NCBI GenBank assembly: GCA_021731145.1
Contig: JAKFXX010000026.1
Span: 11,196 to 75,195, forward strand
DNA from: Gammaproteobacteria bacterium
GTDB lineage: Bacteria; Pseudomonadota; Gammaproteobacteria; Ga0077554; Ga007554
Direction: 5' to 3'
DNA: 64,000 bases
In this document: piece by piece, positions 43,901-52,889 of the stretch
How the letters are laid out: each line of letters starts with the position of its first letter
How positions within the stretch are numbered: the stretch's first letter is position 1
The notes under the pieces: generated by a model
What the model was told of the DNA's origin: nothing
The model's database searches: none
Seen by the model: the letters and a program-made list of their open reading frames with translations, nothing else
Position numbers and translations under genes: made by a program

Positions 43901-44183
43901 GAACATCGAGGCCTACAACCACCTTGGGATTCATTACCGCAACAGCGGGCGTTTCGATGACGCGCGCAATGCCTACGAAAAAGCCCTGTCCACCGACCCG
44001 AATCATTCATCAATCCACCTGAACCTTGGCATTCTTTACGATCTTTATCTGCGTGATGCCGTCAAGGCATTGGAACAGTATCGACTCTATCAAGGCCTGT
44101 TACCCGCCGCAGATAAACAAGTGGGGATGTGGATCTCGGATCTGGAAAAACGCAAAATTGGTGCGGAGGTGAAGGATAAATGA
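40992..44183 (+). CDS. large TPR lipoprotein (GltD-like, with fused GltE-like C-terminal TPR module)
   Basis: Start revised to MKLRRG; lipobox LAAC; many TPRs; ESQRPEGL..EEREQYDVLLEEQAFPFEEKAI; terminal NLGILYDLY module. Confidence 0.82.
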   Translation: MKLRRGLVTLPLLVLAACTQVKDDSQTLKNLEHRSVSVTKDTTLPDSRSKAIEQYQSIAGTTNDKSVQREAKRKIADLEVDNAEAIFLEKIKKSELDAQTSAPPPPVDNRNAINLYQELLQEQAPKSDAENTLYQLAKAYEQSGDYQNTLQTLTRLANAYPKIGYMDEIQFRRGEILFTLRDYAQAEKAYASLLPMKKSQLYEMALYKHGWSLYKQEQYLPALDSFFAILDKKFPVNKAVADDFVLPRGEQEFVKDTLRVISLSFYHLNGAGSITSYLSAKGYRPYEHLLYKSLGDLALEKDRVSDAVNSYKAFIKTHPGHPYSVLMQQKIIDAYKRPEFASLLLPEKREFVRVYDEYNQRRISNSTKTYAEHLIYGDKIAQDKITSYLRVILEDLARHYHAEAQKSKERAAYKEAMDWYTKFLKNFPADNDAPGITFLLAESLYENGRYADAVTRYENVAYDFPTNQNGAEAGYAALIAYQKHGEKLSGYEKNLWRRNAVVSALRFSEKYPKDKRVPAILASAMEELFSLKQYDKAEFAARLILKMEPPADIKQRRMAATIIAHSEFERDNFERAEASYREVLNLLPADDPGRVEIMEHLASAIYREGEQSRTAGDMPTAIQHFLRVGVAAPASPIRLSAEYDAAVGYMSLNDWSNALRIFSQFQKAYPDNAFQADVSRQIVTAYLQLDQPSKAAAELEKTIASNKDAPVRQDAAWQAAELYEKAKDTKNATRVYGLYVQQFPSPLEQAIEARRRLAEAYKQDNDTGMQNYWLKDIIKADREGGAERTPRTRQTAAHASITLADLAYQAFTQARLIEPLQQNLKIKKEKMEAALQAYGTAAEFGVADVTTAATYQMAKIYSDLSRDLLESQRPEGLTPEEREQYDVLLEEQAFPFEEKAIQIYESNIRRVSSGIYDESVRKSFSELGKLLPVKYAKHEKSEPLTGVTLSNDGKDEDEKALIKATEQVPPNIEAYNHLGIHYRNSGRFDDARNAYEKALSTDPNHSSIHLNLGILYDLYLRDAVKALEQYRLYQGLLPAADKQVGMWISDLEKRKIGAEVKDK

Positions 44184-44449
44184 AGCCATCAGCGCTTTTG
44201 ATCATGGGAATTTTATATTTATCCGCAGGTGTTGCGGCGGCGGAGGACTCTATCGATTCCTCGGGCACAAAAATCATAGGCGATTCAGACATGCCAAAAA
44301 CGCTCTACATCATCCCATGGAAGAAACCGGAGCCTGCCCCGCCGCCAACCCGGTCAATGAGTGAGTTCGCCAACGCCGCCCTTGCAACACTGGAACGGGA
44401 TACCCTGTTACGCCAGATGCAATACCACGCGATTTTTAGTGCCAGATAA
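44180..44449 (+). CDS. small exported protein (GltF-like)
   Basis: Signal peptide; IIGDSDMPKTLYIIPWK; start overlaps the previous stop. Confidence 0.7.
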   Translation: MKPSALLIMGILYLSAGVAAAEDSIDSSGTKIIGDSDMPKTLYIIPWKKPEPAPPPTRSMSEFANAALATLERDTLLRQMQYHAIFSAR

Positions 44450-44536
44450 AGCAGCATTTCTTCTCATCAACCATCAAGATTATTGTCTGAAATGCCGAAT
44501 ACAAGGCAGGGCATGACGCAGCACTAGGAGATCAGT

Positions 44537-45190
44537 ATGGATTTTTTCAGTTCCTCAATCCGTTTTTTTCAAGACGGCGGTTTTATTATGTACCTCATCC
44601 TTGGGGTGTTCGCCCTGGGGCTCGCCATCGCCATCGAGCGCTATGTCTTCCTGACGTCCGCCCGCAACAAAAACCGGGAAATGTGGGACAAGCTGCTGCC
44701 GGTGCTAAAACGTGGCGAATACAAAGCCGCACAAGACATGATGTCGCAATCCAGCGCCGCCATCTGCAATATTTTATCTTACGGGTTGTCCCGCGTTGTT
44801 ACCAGCCGGCGGCATGACGATGTTGAAACTGCCATGGAAGAAGGCCTCCTGGAAACCGTTCCGCGCCTGGAAAAACGCACGCACTATCTCACCACCTTCG
44901 CCAATGTGTCCACCCTGCTGGGGTTGCTCGGCACGGTTATCGGCCTGATTGATGCGTTTACCGCCGTCTCCAGCGCCAACCCCTCCGAAAAGGCCGCGTT
45001 GCTTTCCGCCAGTATTTCCGTGGGTATGAACTCAACGGCATTCGGATTGATGGTGGCGATACCGCTGCTGCTGATTTATAGCGTGCTTCAGTCCAAAACC
45101 GTTGAACTGGTGGACAGCCTGGAAATGGCGTCCGTGAAAGTATTGAACATCATCAAGGAGCACTCCGACAAGCAAGGCTCACCCCAATGA
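44537..45190 (+). CDS. MotA/TolQ/ExbB proton-channel protein (AglR-like)
   Basis: IAIERY, TLLGLLGTVIGLI, STAFGLMVAIP. Confidence 0.93.
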   Translation: MDFFSSSIRFFQDGGFIMYLILGVFALGLAIAIERYVFLTSARNKNREMWDKLLPVLKRGEYKAAQDMMSQSSAAICNILSYGLSRVVTSRRHDDVETAMEEGLLETVPRLEKRTHYLTTFANVSTLLGLLGTVIGLIDAFTAVSSANPSEKAALLSASISVGMNSTAFGLMVAIPLLLIYSVLQSKTVELVDSLEMASVKVLNIIKEHSDKQGSPQ

Positions 45191-45690
45191 GACGCCGCAC
45201 CCTTCTCGCACGGAACGAAGGTGACGAGCTGGACCTCACCGCCATGATCAACATGATGGTGATTCTGGTGTGCTTCCTGCTGACCTCGGCGGTATTTTCG
45301 CGCATCACGGTGCTGGAGCTGAATATGCCGCCTGCCGCTCAGGCATCATCCAGCAGCGCACCCCAACCGAAAAAGGAGCTTCTTCTGGAGGTTATCCTGC
45401 GCAAAAATGCCATTGAAATAAATGACAGGAACGGCAGCTTTTTTGAGCGGATCAATAATTTATCCGGCGGTTACGACATCAAATCCCTGGCGCAAAATCT
45501 TCATCAGTTAAAGGCACGTTTCCCGGAAAAACGGGACGCCTCCATCCTGCTGGAAGATGACATTCCCTATGACCTTCTGGTGCAGGTGATGGATGCGCTA
45601 CGCGAGGAAAGAAGCGGGGCGATGGGATCCGCCGAGCTTTTCCCTGAAATATCCATTGGCGACGCCCCTGCCGGCAAGAAAATAAAATAA
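45187..45690 (+). CDS. ExbD/TolR family protein
   Basis: LDLTAMINMMVILVCFLL TM helix (Asn at the usual Asp position), IPYDLLVQVMD. Confidence 0.88.
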   Translation: MRRRTLLARNEGDELDLTAMINMMVILVCFLLTSAVFSRITVLELNMPPAAQASSSSAPQPKKELLLEVILRKNAIEINDRNGSFFERINNLSGGYDIKSLAQNLHQLKARFPEKRDASILLEDDIPYDLLVQVMDALREERSGAMGSAELFPEISIGDAPAGKKIK

Positions 45691-45711
45691 CAAGGGATAC
45701 GGATAGTCGAT

Positions 45712-46200
45712 ATGAAAATGTCACGGCGCGCCAGACGCATGGAGCGGCACCACGCTCGAACAAAGCGGGGCGGCACACTCAACCTGATTGCCCTGGTGGA
45801 TATTTTCACCATCCTGGTGTTTTTTCTTGTGGTGGGCGCCTCCGAGGTGGAAACCTTGCCCAACACCAAGGTGGTAAAGCTTCCCGAATCCATAGTTGAA
45901 AAACAACCCAAGCAAACCATTCTGATCATGGTAAGTGGAACCGACATCATCATGCAGGGCCGCAAAGTGGCCTCCGTAAAAGACGCGCTGGACGCCCCCG
46001 AAGATGTCATCGCGCCACTGAAAAGCGAGCTTGAGCATCAGGCTGGGCGGCAAGACAGCAAAACCAGCAGTGATATCACCATCATGGGAGACCGGCAAAT
46101 TCCCTACAAACTTTTGAAGAAAATCATGGTTACATGTACACAAGCCAATTACAGCAACATTTTTCTCGCTGTGATGCAAAAATCAAGAACGGTGGAGTAA
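45712..46200 (+). CDS. ExbD/TolR family protein
   Basis: LNLIALVDIFTILVFFL with the conserved Asp, IMGDRQIPYKLLKKIM. Confidence 0.9.
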   Translation: MKMSRRARRMERHHARTKRGGTLNLIALVDIFTILVFFLVVGASEVETLPNTKVVKLPESIVEKQPKQTILIMVSGTDIIMQGRKVASVKDALDAPEDVIAPLKSELEHQAGRQDSKTSSDITIMGDRQIPYKLLKKIMVTCTQANYSNIFLAVMQKSRTVE

Positions 46201-46206
46201 TAAACG

Positions 46207-47235
46207 GTGGCGGTTCATTATCATTCCCCCGATCTGCCATGGGCAATGACCACCCAGGACGAACACCGTTTTCGGGTGATCCTGACATCGGTGCTGGTAG
46301 GCTTTCTGGTGATTTCGAGCGTCATCACGTTTATCCAGGTTCCAAAAATCACCCGGGAACAAGCCGAGGAGGTGCCGCCGCGACTGGCCAAGCTGGTGCT
46401 TGAGCGCAAGCAGCTCCCCCCGCCAGTCGCAAAGCCCTCGCCCGTAAAACCAGTGGCCACAAAGCCGGAACAAGCACCCAAGCCACTGCCTGCGCCGAAA
46501 GCCGAGCTGAAAATCACGCCCCAGCCCGAGAAAAAAATCGAGCCTGTGCAAGTGGCCAAACAAGAGCCCGCGCCAACACCGGCACCGCTGCCCGCAGAAC
46601 CGCCCAAGGTCAACATCGAGGCTGCGCGCAAGAAGGCGGCCAGCTCAGGCCTGCTGGCGTTAAGCAACGATCTGGCGGCATTGCGCGACAAGCCCGTCGT
46701 ATCCAGCACTCAAACGGACGAGAAGCTTATCCAGCCCACCAGGAACGAGCCCTTTGTGCAGCGCTCGATGATCACATCCGGTACGGCGCGCGGGGGCGAG
46801 GGGGTGAAAACTGCCAGCGCCAGCCGCAACATCAGTGGTACGCAACTGGCGGAACGGACGACGACACGCGTCAACAACCCGCAACCCACGGCGCGCCCTG
46901 GCGAGACTGTAGCGCCTAAACCGGCCACGCAAAAAGGCGGCGGCTCGCGCACCGACGATGAAATTCAGTTGGTGTTCGATAAGAACAAGGGGGCGCTGTA
47001 TTCGCTGTATAACCGCGCGCTTCGGCAAGATCCATCCCTGCAAGGCAAGGTAGTGCTCAAGCTGACCATCGAACCCTCCGGCAAGGTCAGCGCTTGCGAG
47101 GTGGTGTCCAGCGCGATGGAGGCACCCGAGTTGATACAAAAGATCGTGGCGCGGGTATTGCTTTTCGACTTCGGCGCCAAAGAAGCCGCCACCACCGTGA
47201 CCAAACTTCCCATCGACTTTTTGCCGTCGTCATAA
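46207..47235 (+). CDS. TonB-like / AgmX-PglI C-terminal domain protein (GltG-like)
   Basis: TM anchor, Pro/Lys-rich linker, YNRALRQDPSLQGKVVLKLTIEPSGKV. Confidence 0.85.
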   Translation: MAVHYHSPDLPWAMTTQDEHRFRVILTSVLVGFLVISSVITFIQVPKITREQAEEVPPRLAKLVLERKQLPPPVAKPSPVKPVATKPEQAPKPLPAPKAELKITPQPEKKIEPVQVAKQEPAPTPAPLPAEPPKVNIEAARKKAASSGLLALSNDLAALRDKPVVSSTQTDEKLIQPTRNEPFVQRSMITSGTARGGEGVKTASASRNISGTQLAERTTTRVNNPQPTARPGETVAPKPATQKGGGSRTDDEIQLVFDKNKGALYSLYNRALRQDPSLQGKVVLKLTIEPSGKVSACEVVSSAMEAPELIQKIVARVLLFDFGAKEAATTVTKLPIDFLPSS

Positions 47236-47247
47236 GCCTCTCCTATG

Positions 47248-47607
47248 CTAGCCCAGCAACACCAGCCCCCACACCACCAGCACGTTGACATGAGAAACCA
47301 TTACAGCCGCTGAGCCCAGATCTTTCGCACGTCCAGCCAATGCGTTGAACTCCATACCGGTACGATCCACGGCCGCTTCCAGCGCGGAGTTGAGCAGTTC
47401 CATGATCAGCACCAGCATCAGGCAACCCACCAGCAGTGCCCGTTCCATGCCGCTATTGCCCAGCCAGATGCCAAGTGGGGCAAGAATCACGAATAGCGCA
47501 AGCTCGATGCGAAAGGCCACCTCAAAAGCTAGCGCCGCCTTGATGCCGTTGAGCGAATAACCCATCGCCCGGACGATATGGACGAGGGGTTTATCCTGGC
47601 TCGCCAT
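47248..47607 (-). CDS. dgkA: diacylglycerol kinase
   Basis: GYSLNGI, EVAFRIE, ELLNSALEAAVDR, RAKDLGSAAV. Confidence 0.95.
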   Translation of the reverse strand: MASQDKPLVHIVRAMGYSLNGIKAALAFEVAFRIELALFVILAPLGIWLGNSGMERALLVGCLMLVLIMELLNSALEAAVDRTGMEFNALAGRAKDLGSAAVMVSHVNVLVVWGLVLLG

Positions 47608-47610
47608 GAA

Positions 47611-49065
47611 TCATCCTAACGGTTTCCAGGCAAGATCCAGTTCGCGTGCGGCCTTAACATCATCCAGGCGCCGCACGGGCAGGGTGTGGGGCGCTGCCTT
47701 GACGATCTCGGGTGTGGTTTGCGCCTCTGTGAGAATCTGTTGCATGGCGGTGATGAAGCGGTCCAGCTCTTCTTTAGCCTCGGTTTCGCTCGGCTCAATC
47801 AGCAGGCACTCCGGCACCAACAGCGGGAAATAGGTGGTGGGTGCGTGATAACCCAGATCGAGCAGGCGCTTGGCGACATCCATGGCGGTGATGCCCAGCT
47901 CCTTGGCCTGACGCTTGAGGGTGACGATAAATTCATGCGTGGCACGGCGCTCTGGAAAGGCCAGGTCATAGCCGCTCTGCGCCAGACGCGCCATCAGATA
48001 ATTGGCGTTGAGGGTGGCGAATTCGGCGACGCGATGCATGCCTTCCGATCCCAGCAGGCGCGCGTAGATATAGGCGCGCAGCAACACGCCTGCGTTGCCC
48101 GCGAAGGCCGAGAGACGGCCGATGGTTTGCGGCCGGTCCGCTTCGGTGAGGAAGCGGTAGGCCTTCCCGTCGCAGTCGACAATAGGTACCGGCATGAAGG
48201 GTAGCAGTCTTTCACTGACGCCCACCGGCCCGGCACCGGGGCCACCGCCGCCATGCGGGGTGGAAAAGGTCTTGTGCAGGTTCATGTGGATGACATCGAA
48301 ACCCATGTCGCCGGGCTTGACCTTGCCGAGAATTGCATTGAGGTTGGCGCCGTCGTAATACAGCAGTCCGCCCGCCTCATGCACGATCCGCGCAATCTCC
48401 ATGATGCGGCGCTCAAACACCCCCAGCGTGGAAGGGTTGGTGAGCATGATCCCCGCCGTGTGCGGACCGACCGCGCCCTTCAGCGCCTCGATATCCACGT
48501 CCCCCTGCGCATCGGTGGGGATCTCGCGCACCGTGTAGCCACACATCACCGCCGTGGCCGGGTTGGTGCCATGCGCCGCGTTGGGCACCAGAATTTCGGT
48601 GCGCTGCACATCATTGCGCGCGTCGTGAAAGGCGCGGATCATCGCCATGCCCGCGAACTCGCCCTGGGCACCCGCCATCGGCGTGAGCGATACGCCCTTC
48701 ATCCCCGTCACCTCCTTGAGCATCTCCTGCAACTCGTACATGCAGGCAAGAAACCCCTGGCTCAGGGATTCCGGCGCGTGGGGATGGCGCGCCAGAAAAC
48801 CCGGCAGCATCGCCAGCTTGTTGCAGGCACGCGGGTTGTACTTCATGGTGCATGAACCCAACGGATAAAAATGTGTGTCGATGGAGAAATTCTTCTGTGA
48901 CAGCCGCGTGTAATGCCGCACCGCCTGAAGCTCGGAAACCTCGGGCAGCAAGGGGCGTTTTTTGCGCCGGAATTTTTCGGGGATGGCCTTTAAATCCGCC
49001 GCTTTGTCTTGCGGGGCCTGCGAGGGATTGCGGCGAGCGGGGCGGGAGTGTTCGAAGATCAACAT
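47611..49065 (-). CDS. gcvPB: glycine decarboxylase subunit 2
   Basis: [39 protein letters not shown] (PLP lysine). Confidence 0.97.
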   Translation of the reverse strand: MLIFEHSRPARRNPSQAPQDKAADLKAIPEKFRRKKRPLLPEVSELQAVRHYTRLSQKNFSIDTHFYPLGSCTMKYNPRACNKLAMLPGFLARHPHAPESLSQGFLACMYELQEMLKEVTGMKGVSLTPMAGAQGEFAGMAMIRAFHDARNDVQRTEILVPNAAHGTNPATAVMCGYTVREIPTDAQGDVDIEALKGAVGPHTAGIMLTNPSTLGVFERRIMEIARIVHEAGGLLYYDGANLNAILGKVKPGDMGFDVIHMNLHKTFSTPHGGGGPGAGPVGVSERLLPFMPVPIVDCDGKAYRFLTEADRPQTIGRLSAFAGNAGVLLRAYIYARLLGSEGMHRVAEFATLNANYLMARLAQSGYDLAFPERRATHEFIVTLKRQAKELGITAMDVAKRLLDLGYHAPTTYFPLLVPECLLIEPSETEAKEELDRFITAMQQILTEAQTTPEIVKAAPHTLPVRRLDDVKAARELDLAWKPLG

Positions 49066-49106
49066 GAGATGACTATTCTCTCTAAAAATACCATTCCAAA
49101 ATGCAA

Positions 49107-49127
49107 GGTGCGCACAGTGCGCACCCC
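49107..49127. repeat. single REP-like palindrome
   Basis: GGTGCGCACAGTGCGCACC resembles the unit at 23053-23073. Confidence 0.55.
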
Positions 49128-49132
49128 ACAGC

Positions 49133-49633
49133 TTATTTCAGTGCCGCCAGCGCCTTCTCATAGTCCGGCTCCTGGGCGATTTCCGGCACGAGCTCGGTGT
49201 AGATCACGTTGTCACGCTCATCCAGCACCACCACGGCACGGGCGGTGAGGCCGGCAAGCGGGCCGTCCTGAATCAGCACGCCGTATTCCTTTGCGAAATT
49301 GCGGCCACGCATCATCGACAGCGGAATGACGTTGCTCAGCCCCTCGTTACCGCAAAAACGCTTCATGGCGAACGGCAGATCGGCGGAGATGATCAACACC
49401 ACCATGTCATCGCGGGTTTTGGCGAAGTCGTTGAACTTTTTGGTGGAGAGGGCGCACACAGCGGTATCAAGGCTGGGGACAATGTTGAGCAGCTTTTTCT
49501 TGCCTTTGAAGTCGGCAAACTCCTTGTCGCTCAAGTCCTCTGCCACCAATTTCAGGTACGGTGCCCTGCTGCCGGTTTTCGGCAGGTCACCGTTGGTGTT
49601 AATGGGATTGCCTTTCAGTGTGATCGTTGCCAT
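49133..49633 (-). CDS. tpx: thiol peroxidase
   Basis: [40 protein letters not shown]. Confidence 0.96.
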   Translation of the reverse strand: MATITLKGNPINTNGDLPKTGSRAPYLKLVAEDLSDKEFADFKGKKKLLNIVPSLDTAVCALSTKKFNDFAKTRDDMVVLIISADLPFAMKRFCGNEGLSNVIPLSMMRGRNFAKEYGVLIQDGPLAGLTARAVVVLDERDNVIYTELVPEIAQEPDYEKALAALK

Positions 49634-49651
49634 GACCTATCTCCTTGTGGA

Positions 49652-51019
49652 TTACTGCGGTTTTAGTATATCGCGCAAATGCTTGGCAAACAGTTCAAGA
49701 TCATCCGCATTTTTGGTCTCGGTAGCGCACACCAGCAGCGCGTTGCTCAATTCGGGATAATCGTCGCCGAGCTTGTAGCCGCCCAGCAGACCACGATCCG
49801 CAAGCTCACCCAGCACCTCGTCCACCGGGCGCGGTAGCTGTATCACAGCCTCATGGAACAGGGGCCGATCGAATAGCTTGGTAACACCGTCGATAGCGGT
49901 GAGCGCTTCGACCAGGGCCAGGGTATTGGCGTGGCATGCGGCCGCCACACGCTCCAAGCCATCGGGGCCGAGCAGCGCCATATGGATGGTGGCGGCGGTG
50001 ACTACCAGGCCCTGGTTGGTGCAGATGTTGGAGGTGGCCTTGGAGCGGCGGATATGCTGTTCGCGCGCCTGCAGCGTGAGCGTAAACCCTGGTTTGCCGT
50101 CGAGATCGACGGTGCGCCCCACGATGCGCCCCGGCATCTGGCGTACATGCTCCAATTTGCAGCACATGAAGCCGAAGTACGGCCCACCGGAGGACAGCGG
50201 TGCGCCCAGGGGTTGGCCCTCGCCACACACGATATCCGCGCCGTTTTCTCCCCATTCCCCCGGCGGGGTGAGCAACGCCAGCGAGACGGGGTTGGCCACG
50301 CCGATCACCAGCGCGCCGTGGCGATGCGCCCAGTCGGTGAGGGCATCCACTTCCTCCAACACGCCGAAGAAATTGGGCTGTGGGATTACCAGCGCGGCGA
50401 CATCGCCGCCGCTGTATCTTTCCAGCGATTCCGGAACGGTATGACCGCACTCCGTGCAATAGGGCAGCTCGATCAGCTCGATGTTCTGCATGGTGACGAT
50501 GGCGCGCACCACCTTGCGATAGGCCGGATGCACGGTGCCAGGCATCAGCACGCGCCTGGAAGATGACTTGCGGTTGGCGCGCACCGCCATCAACACCGCC
50601 TCGGCCAGCGCCGATGCGCCATCGTACAGCGAGGCATTGGAGACATCCATGCCGGTGAGGCTGGCCATCATGGTCTGGTATTCGTAAAGCAGTTGCAACG
50701 TCCCCTGGCTGGCCTCGGCCTGATAGGGGGTGTATGAGCTGTAAAACTCACCGCGAGTGGCAATCTCCCACACGGCGGCGGGAATGTGGTGGTCGTAGGC
50801 GCCCGCGCCGGCAAAGCACAACGGGCGTCCATCCTGTTCGGCGCGCTGCATCATCAGGCGCGTGACATCCATCTCACTCATTCCTGGAGGGATGGATTTC
50901 AGCGCCGCCGCAGCGCGCAACGCCTCGGGGATTTCGTCAAACAAATCCTCGATACCCGTCGCGCCGATGGCGGCGAGCATGTGCTGGATATCATCTTCTG
51001 TGTGCGGAATAAAAGGCAT
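49652..51019 (-). CDS. gcvPA: glycine decarboxylase subunit 1
   Basis: [38 protein letters not shown]. Confidence 0.97.
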   Translation of the reverse strand: MPFIPHTEDDIQHMLAAIGATGIEDLFDEIPEALRAAAALKSIPPGMSEMDVTRLMMQRAEQDGRPLCFAGAGAYDHHIPAAVWEIATRGEFYSSYTPYQAEASQGTLQLLYEYQTMMASLTGMDVSNASLYDGASALAEAVLMAVRANRKSSSRRVLMPGTVHPAYRKVVRAIVTMQNIELIELPYCTECGHTVPESLERYSGGDVAALVIPQPNFFGVLEEVDALTDWAHRHGALVIGVANPVSLALLTPPGEWGENGADIVCGEGQPLGAPLSSGGPYFGFMCCKLEHVRQMPGRIVGRTVDLDGKPGFTLTLQAREQHIRRSKATSNICTNQGLVVTAATIHMALLGPDGLERVAAACHANTLALVEALTAIDGVTKLFDRPLFHEAVIQLPRPVDEVLGELADRGLLGGYKLGDDYPELSNALLVCATETKNADDLELFAKHLRDILKPQ

Positions 51020-51043
51020 GGGTTGTCTCTTTTATGTTTGTTA

Positions 51044-51276
51044 GCCACGGAGGCACAGGGGACACAGAGAAAACTATGTAGGTGTAGGTTGGGTCAAGGA
51101 GCGCAAGCTCCGGACCCAACAAGCCATTGCTTCAGGCATTGCGCCCTTCACCGTAACCACCGTAATGCCCGTAAAGGGCACAATGAGGTGGCAATGCGGT
51201 GATAATGTCACGGGTACAATGTTGGGTCCGCTACGCTTGACCCAACCTACATTTATTATCTCTGTGCCTCCGTGGC
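51044..51276. repeat. nested repeat: 15-bp outer IR enclosing a GTAG REP pair enclosing a hairpin element
   Basis: GCCACGGAGGCACAG (51044) / CTGTGCCTCCGTGGC (51276); GTAGGTTGGGTCAAG (51084) / CTTGACCCAACCTAC (51250). Confidence 0.85.
51148..51207 (-). ncRNA. conserved three-stem hairpin element, copy 2 (gcvH-gcvPA intergenic)
   Basis: Minus strand CATTA TCACC GCATT GCCACC TCATT GTGCCC TTTAC GGGCAT TAC GGTGGT TAC GGTGA; homologous to 8453-8512. Confidence 0.6.
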
Positions 51277-51286
51277 AAAAACCAAA

Positions 51287-51682
51287 TCAATGCGCCTCGG
51301 CGGCAACCAGCTCGGCGTAGGCGTTCGCATCCAGCAGGTTGTCCAGCTCGGCGAGGCTGGAGGGCTTGATGTGCATCATCCAGCCTGCGCCATAGGCGTC
51401 TTTGTTTACCAGGTCAGGGCTACCGGCCAGCGCCTTGTTGACGGCGATGACCTCGCCGGAGACCGGACTGTAGACATCGGAAGCGGCCTTCACCGATTCC
51501 ACCACGGCGCACTCCTGGCCCGCCGTAACGCTGCGGCCCGGCTCCGGCAGCTCGACAAACACCATGTCACCCAGCAAATCCTGGGCGTGGTCAGTAATGC
51601 CGACGCGCAGCGTGCCGTCGCTCAACAATTCAACCCATTCGTGGCTCTTGGTGTATTTCAGATTGGCGGGGGTTTTGCTCAT
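51287..51682 (-). CDS. gcvH: glycine cleavage H protein
   Basis: [35 protein letters not shown] (lipoyl lysine). Confidence 0.97.
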   Translation of the reverse strand: MSKTPANLKYTKSHEWVELLSDGTLRVGITDHAQDLLGDMVFVELPEPGRSVTAGQECAVVESVKAASDVYSPVSGEVIAVNKALAGSPDLVNKDAYGAGWMMHIKPSSLAELDNLLDANAYAELVAAEAH

Positions 51683-51692
51683 TTCACTATCC

Positions 51693-52874
51693 TCATTTTT
51701 GCTCAATACATGATGCGCCATGGCGCACAAACGGTGGTTTGACTATTCTTACGGCCAGCAGCTTGCCACGCACATCCACTTCAGCATGCTCGCCAGCCTC
51801 TGCCGAGACACGCGCAAAGGCGATGGCTTTGCCCAGTGTCGGCGAAAAACTGCCGCTGGTGATTTCACCGGCCTCGCGGCCATTGATAATGACTTTCTGG
51901 TGATTGCGCAGTACGCCCTTGTCGTCGAGCACCAGACCCACCAATTTGAATTTGGCTCCTTCACTACGTTGCGCCTCCAGCGCTGCTCGGCCGATAAAAT
52001 CGCGCCCGGCTGGCTCCCACGCCACGGTCCAGCCCAAGCCCGACTCCAGCGGGGTGGTGCCCTCGTCCATATCCGCGCCATACAGATTCATCCCCGCTTC
52101 CAGGCGCAACGTATCGCGCGCGCCCAGGCCGATGGGCTTAACACCGGCCTGGTGCAGCCGCTGCCAGAAATCGGCGGCCTGTGCGGCAGGCAACATGACT
52201 TCGTAACCATCCTCACCGGTATAGCCGGTGCGTGCAACGAACAGTTCACCCGCCATCACGGCATGAAACGGCCCCAGCGCGGCGGCCTGTGGCCCGGCGT
52301 CGCCCAGCAAGCCATGCACGGCATCGCGCGCAGCCGGTCCTTGCACGGCGATCATCGCCAGATCGTCGTGCTCTTTTACCGTCACGCCAAAGGCGTCCGC
52401 GCATCGTTTGATCCACGCCAGATCCTTGTCGCGCGTCGCGGCGTTCACCACCAGGCGAAACCACGACGCACACGGATGTGCTAGTGCCGCAGGAGGCACG
52501 ACTCCAGGGATGGAGAAGGTAGAATCGCGTCCGGAACGGCGATCGAGGATGCCGGGAGCGGCCATGAAGTAGACGATCAGATCGTCGATCACACCGCCAC
52601 GCTCATTGAGCATGCAGGTGTAGAGGGCCTTGCCCAACACGGTCAGCTTGTCCACGTTATTCGCCAGCAGATAACGCAAAAACTCGCGCACCCGCTCCCC
52701 TTCGAGATCAACAATGGTCATATGCGACACATCGAACATGCCCGCCGCGCGGCGCACGCTGTGATGCTCCTCGATCTGCGAGCCGTAATGCAGCGGCATG
52801 TCCCAGCCGCCGAAATCAACGATTTTCGCACCCATGCTAAGGTGCGCTTCATACAACGGTGTTCTTTTGCCCAT
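51693..52874 (-). CDS. gcvT: aminomethyltransferase GcvT, carrying a ~30-aa in-frame insert
   Basis: [43 protein letters not shown]. Confidence 0.97.
   Translation of the reverse strand: MGKRTPLYEAHLSMGAKIVDFGGWDMPLHYGSQIEEHHSVRRAAGMFDVSHMTIVDLEGERVREFLRYLLANNVDKLTVLGKALYTCMLNERGGVIDDLIVYFMAAPGILDRRSGRDSTFSIPGVVPPAALAHPCASWFRLVVNAATRDKDLAWIKRCADAFGVTVKEHDDLAMIAVQGPAARDAVHGLLGDAGPQAAALGPFHAVMAGELFVARTGYTGEDGYEVMLPAAQAADFWQRLHQAGVKPIGLGARDTLRLEAGMNLYGADMDEGTTPLESGLGWTVAWEPAGRDFIGRAALEAQRSEGAKFKLVGLVLDDKGVLRNHQKVIINGREAGEITSGSFSPTLGKAIAFARVSAEAGEHAEVDVRGKLLAVRIVKPPFVRHGASCIEQK
52464..52562. repeat. in-frame inserted palindromic element with GGA-loop hairpins
   Basis: 33 codons lie between YFM and WFRLVVN, where GcvT normally has about 3; four hairpins and 7 GGA on the + strand. 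Confidence 0.75.
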
Positions 52875-52889
52875 ATTCACCTCGGGTAG

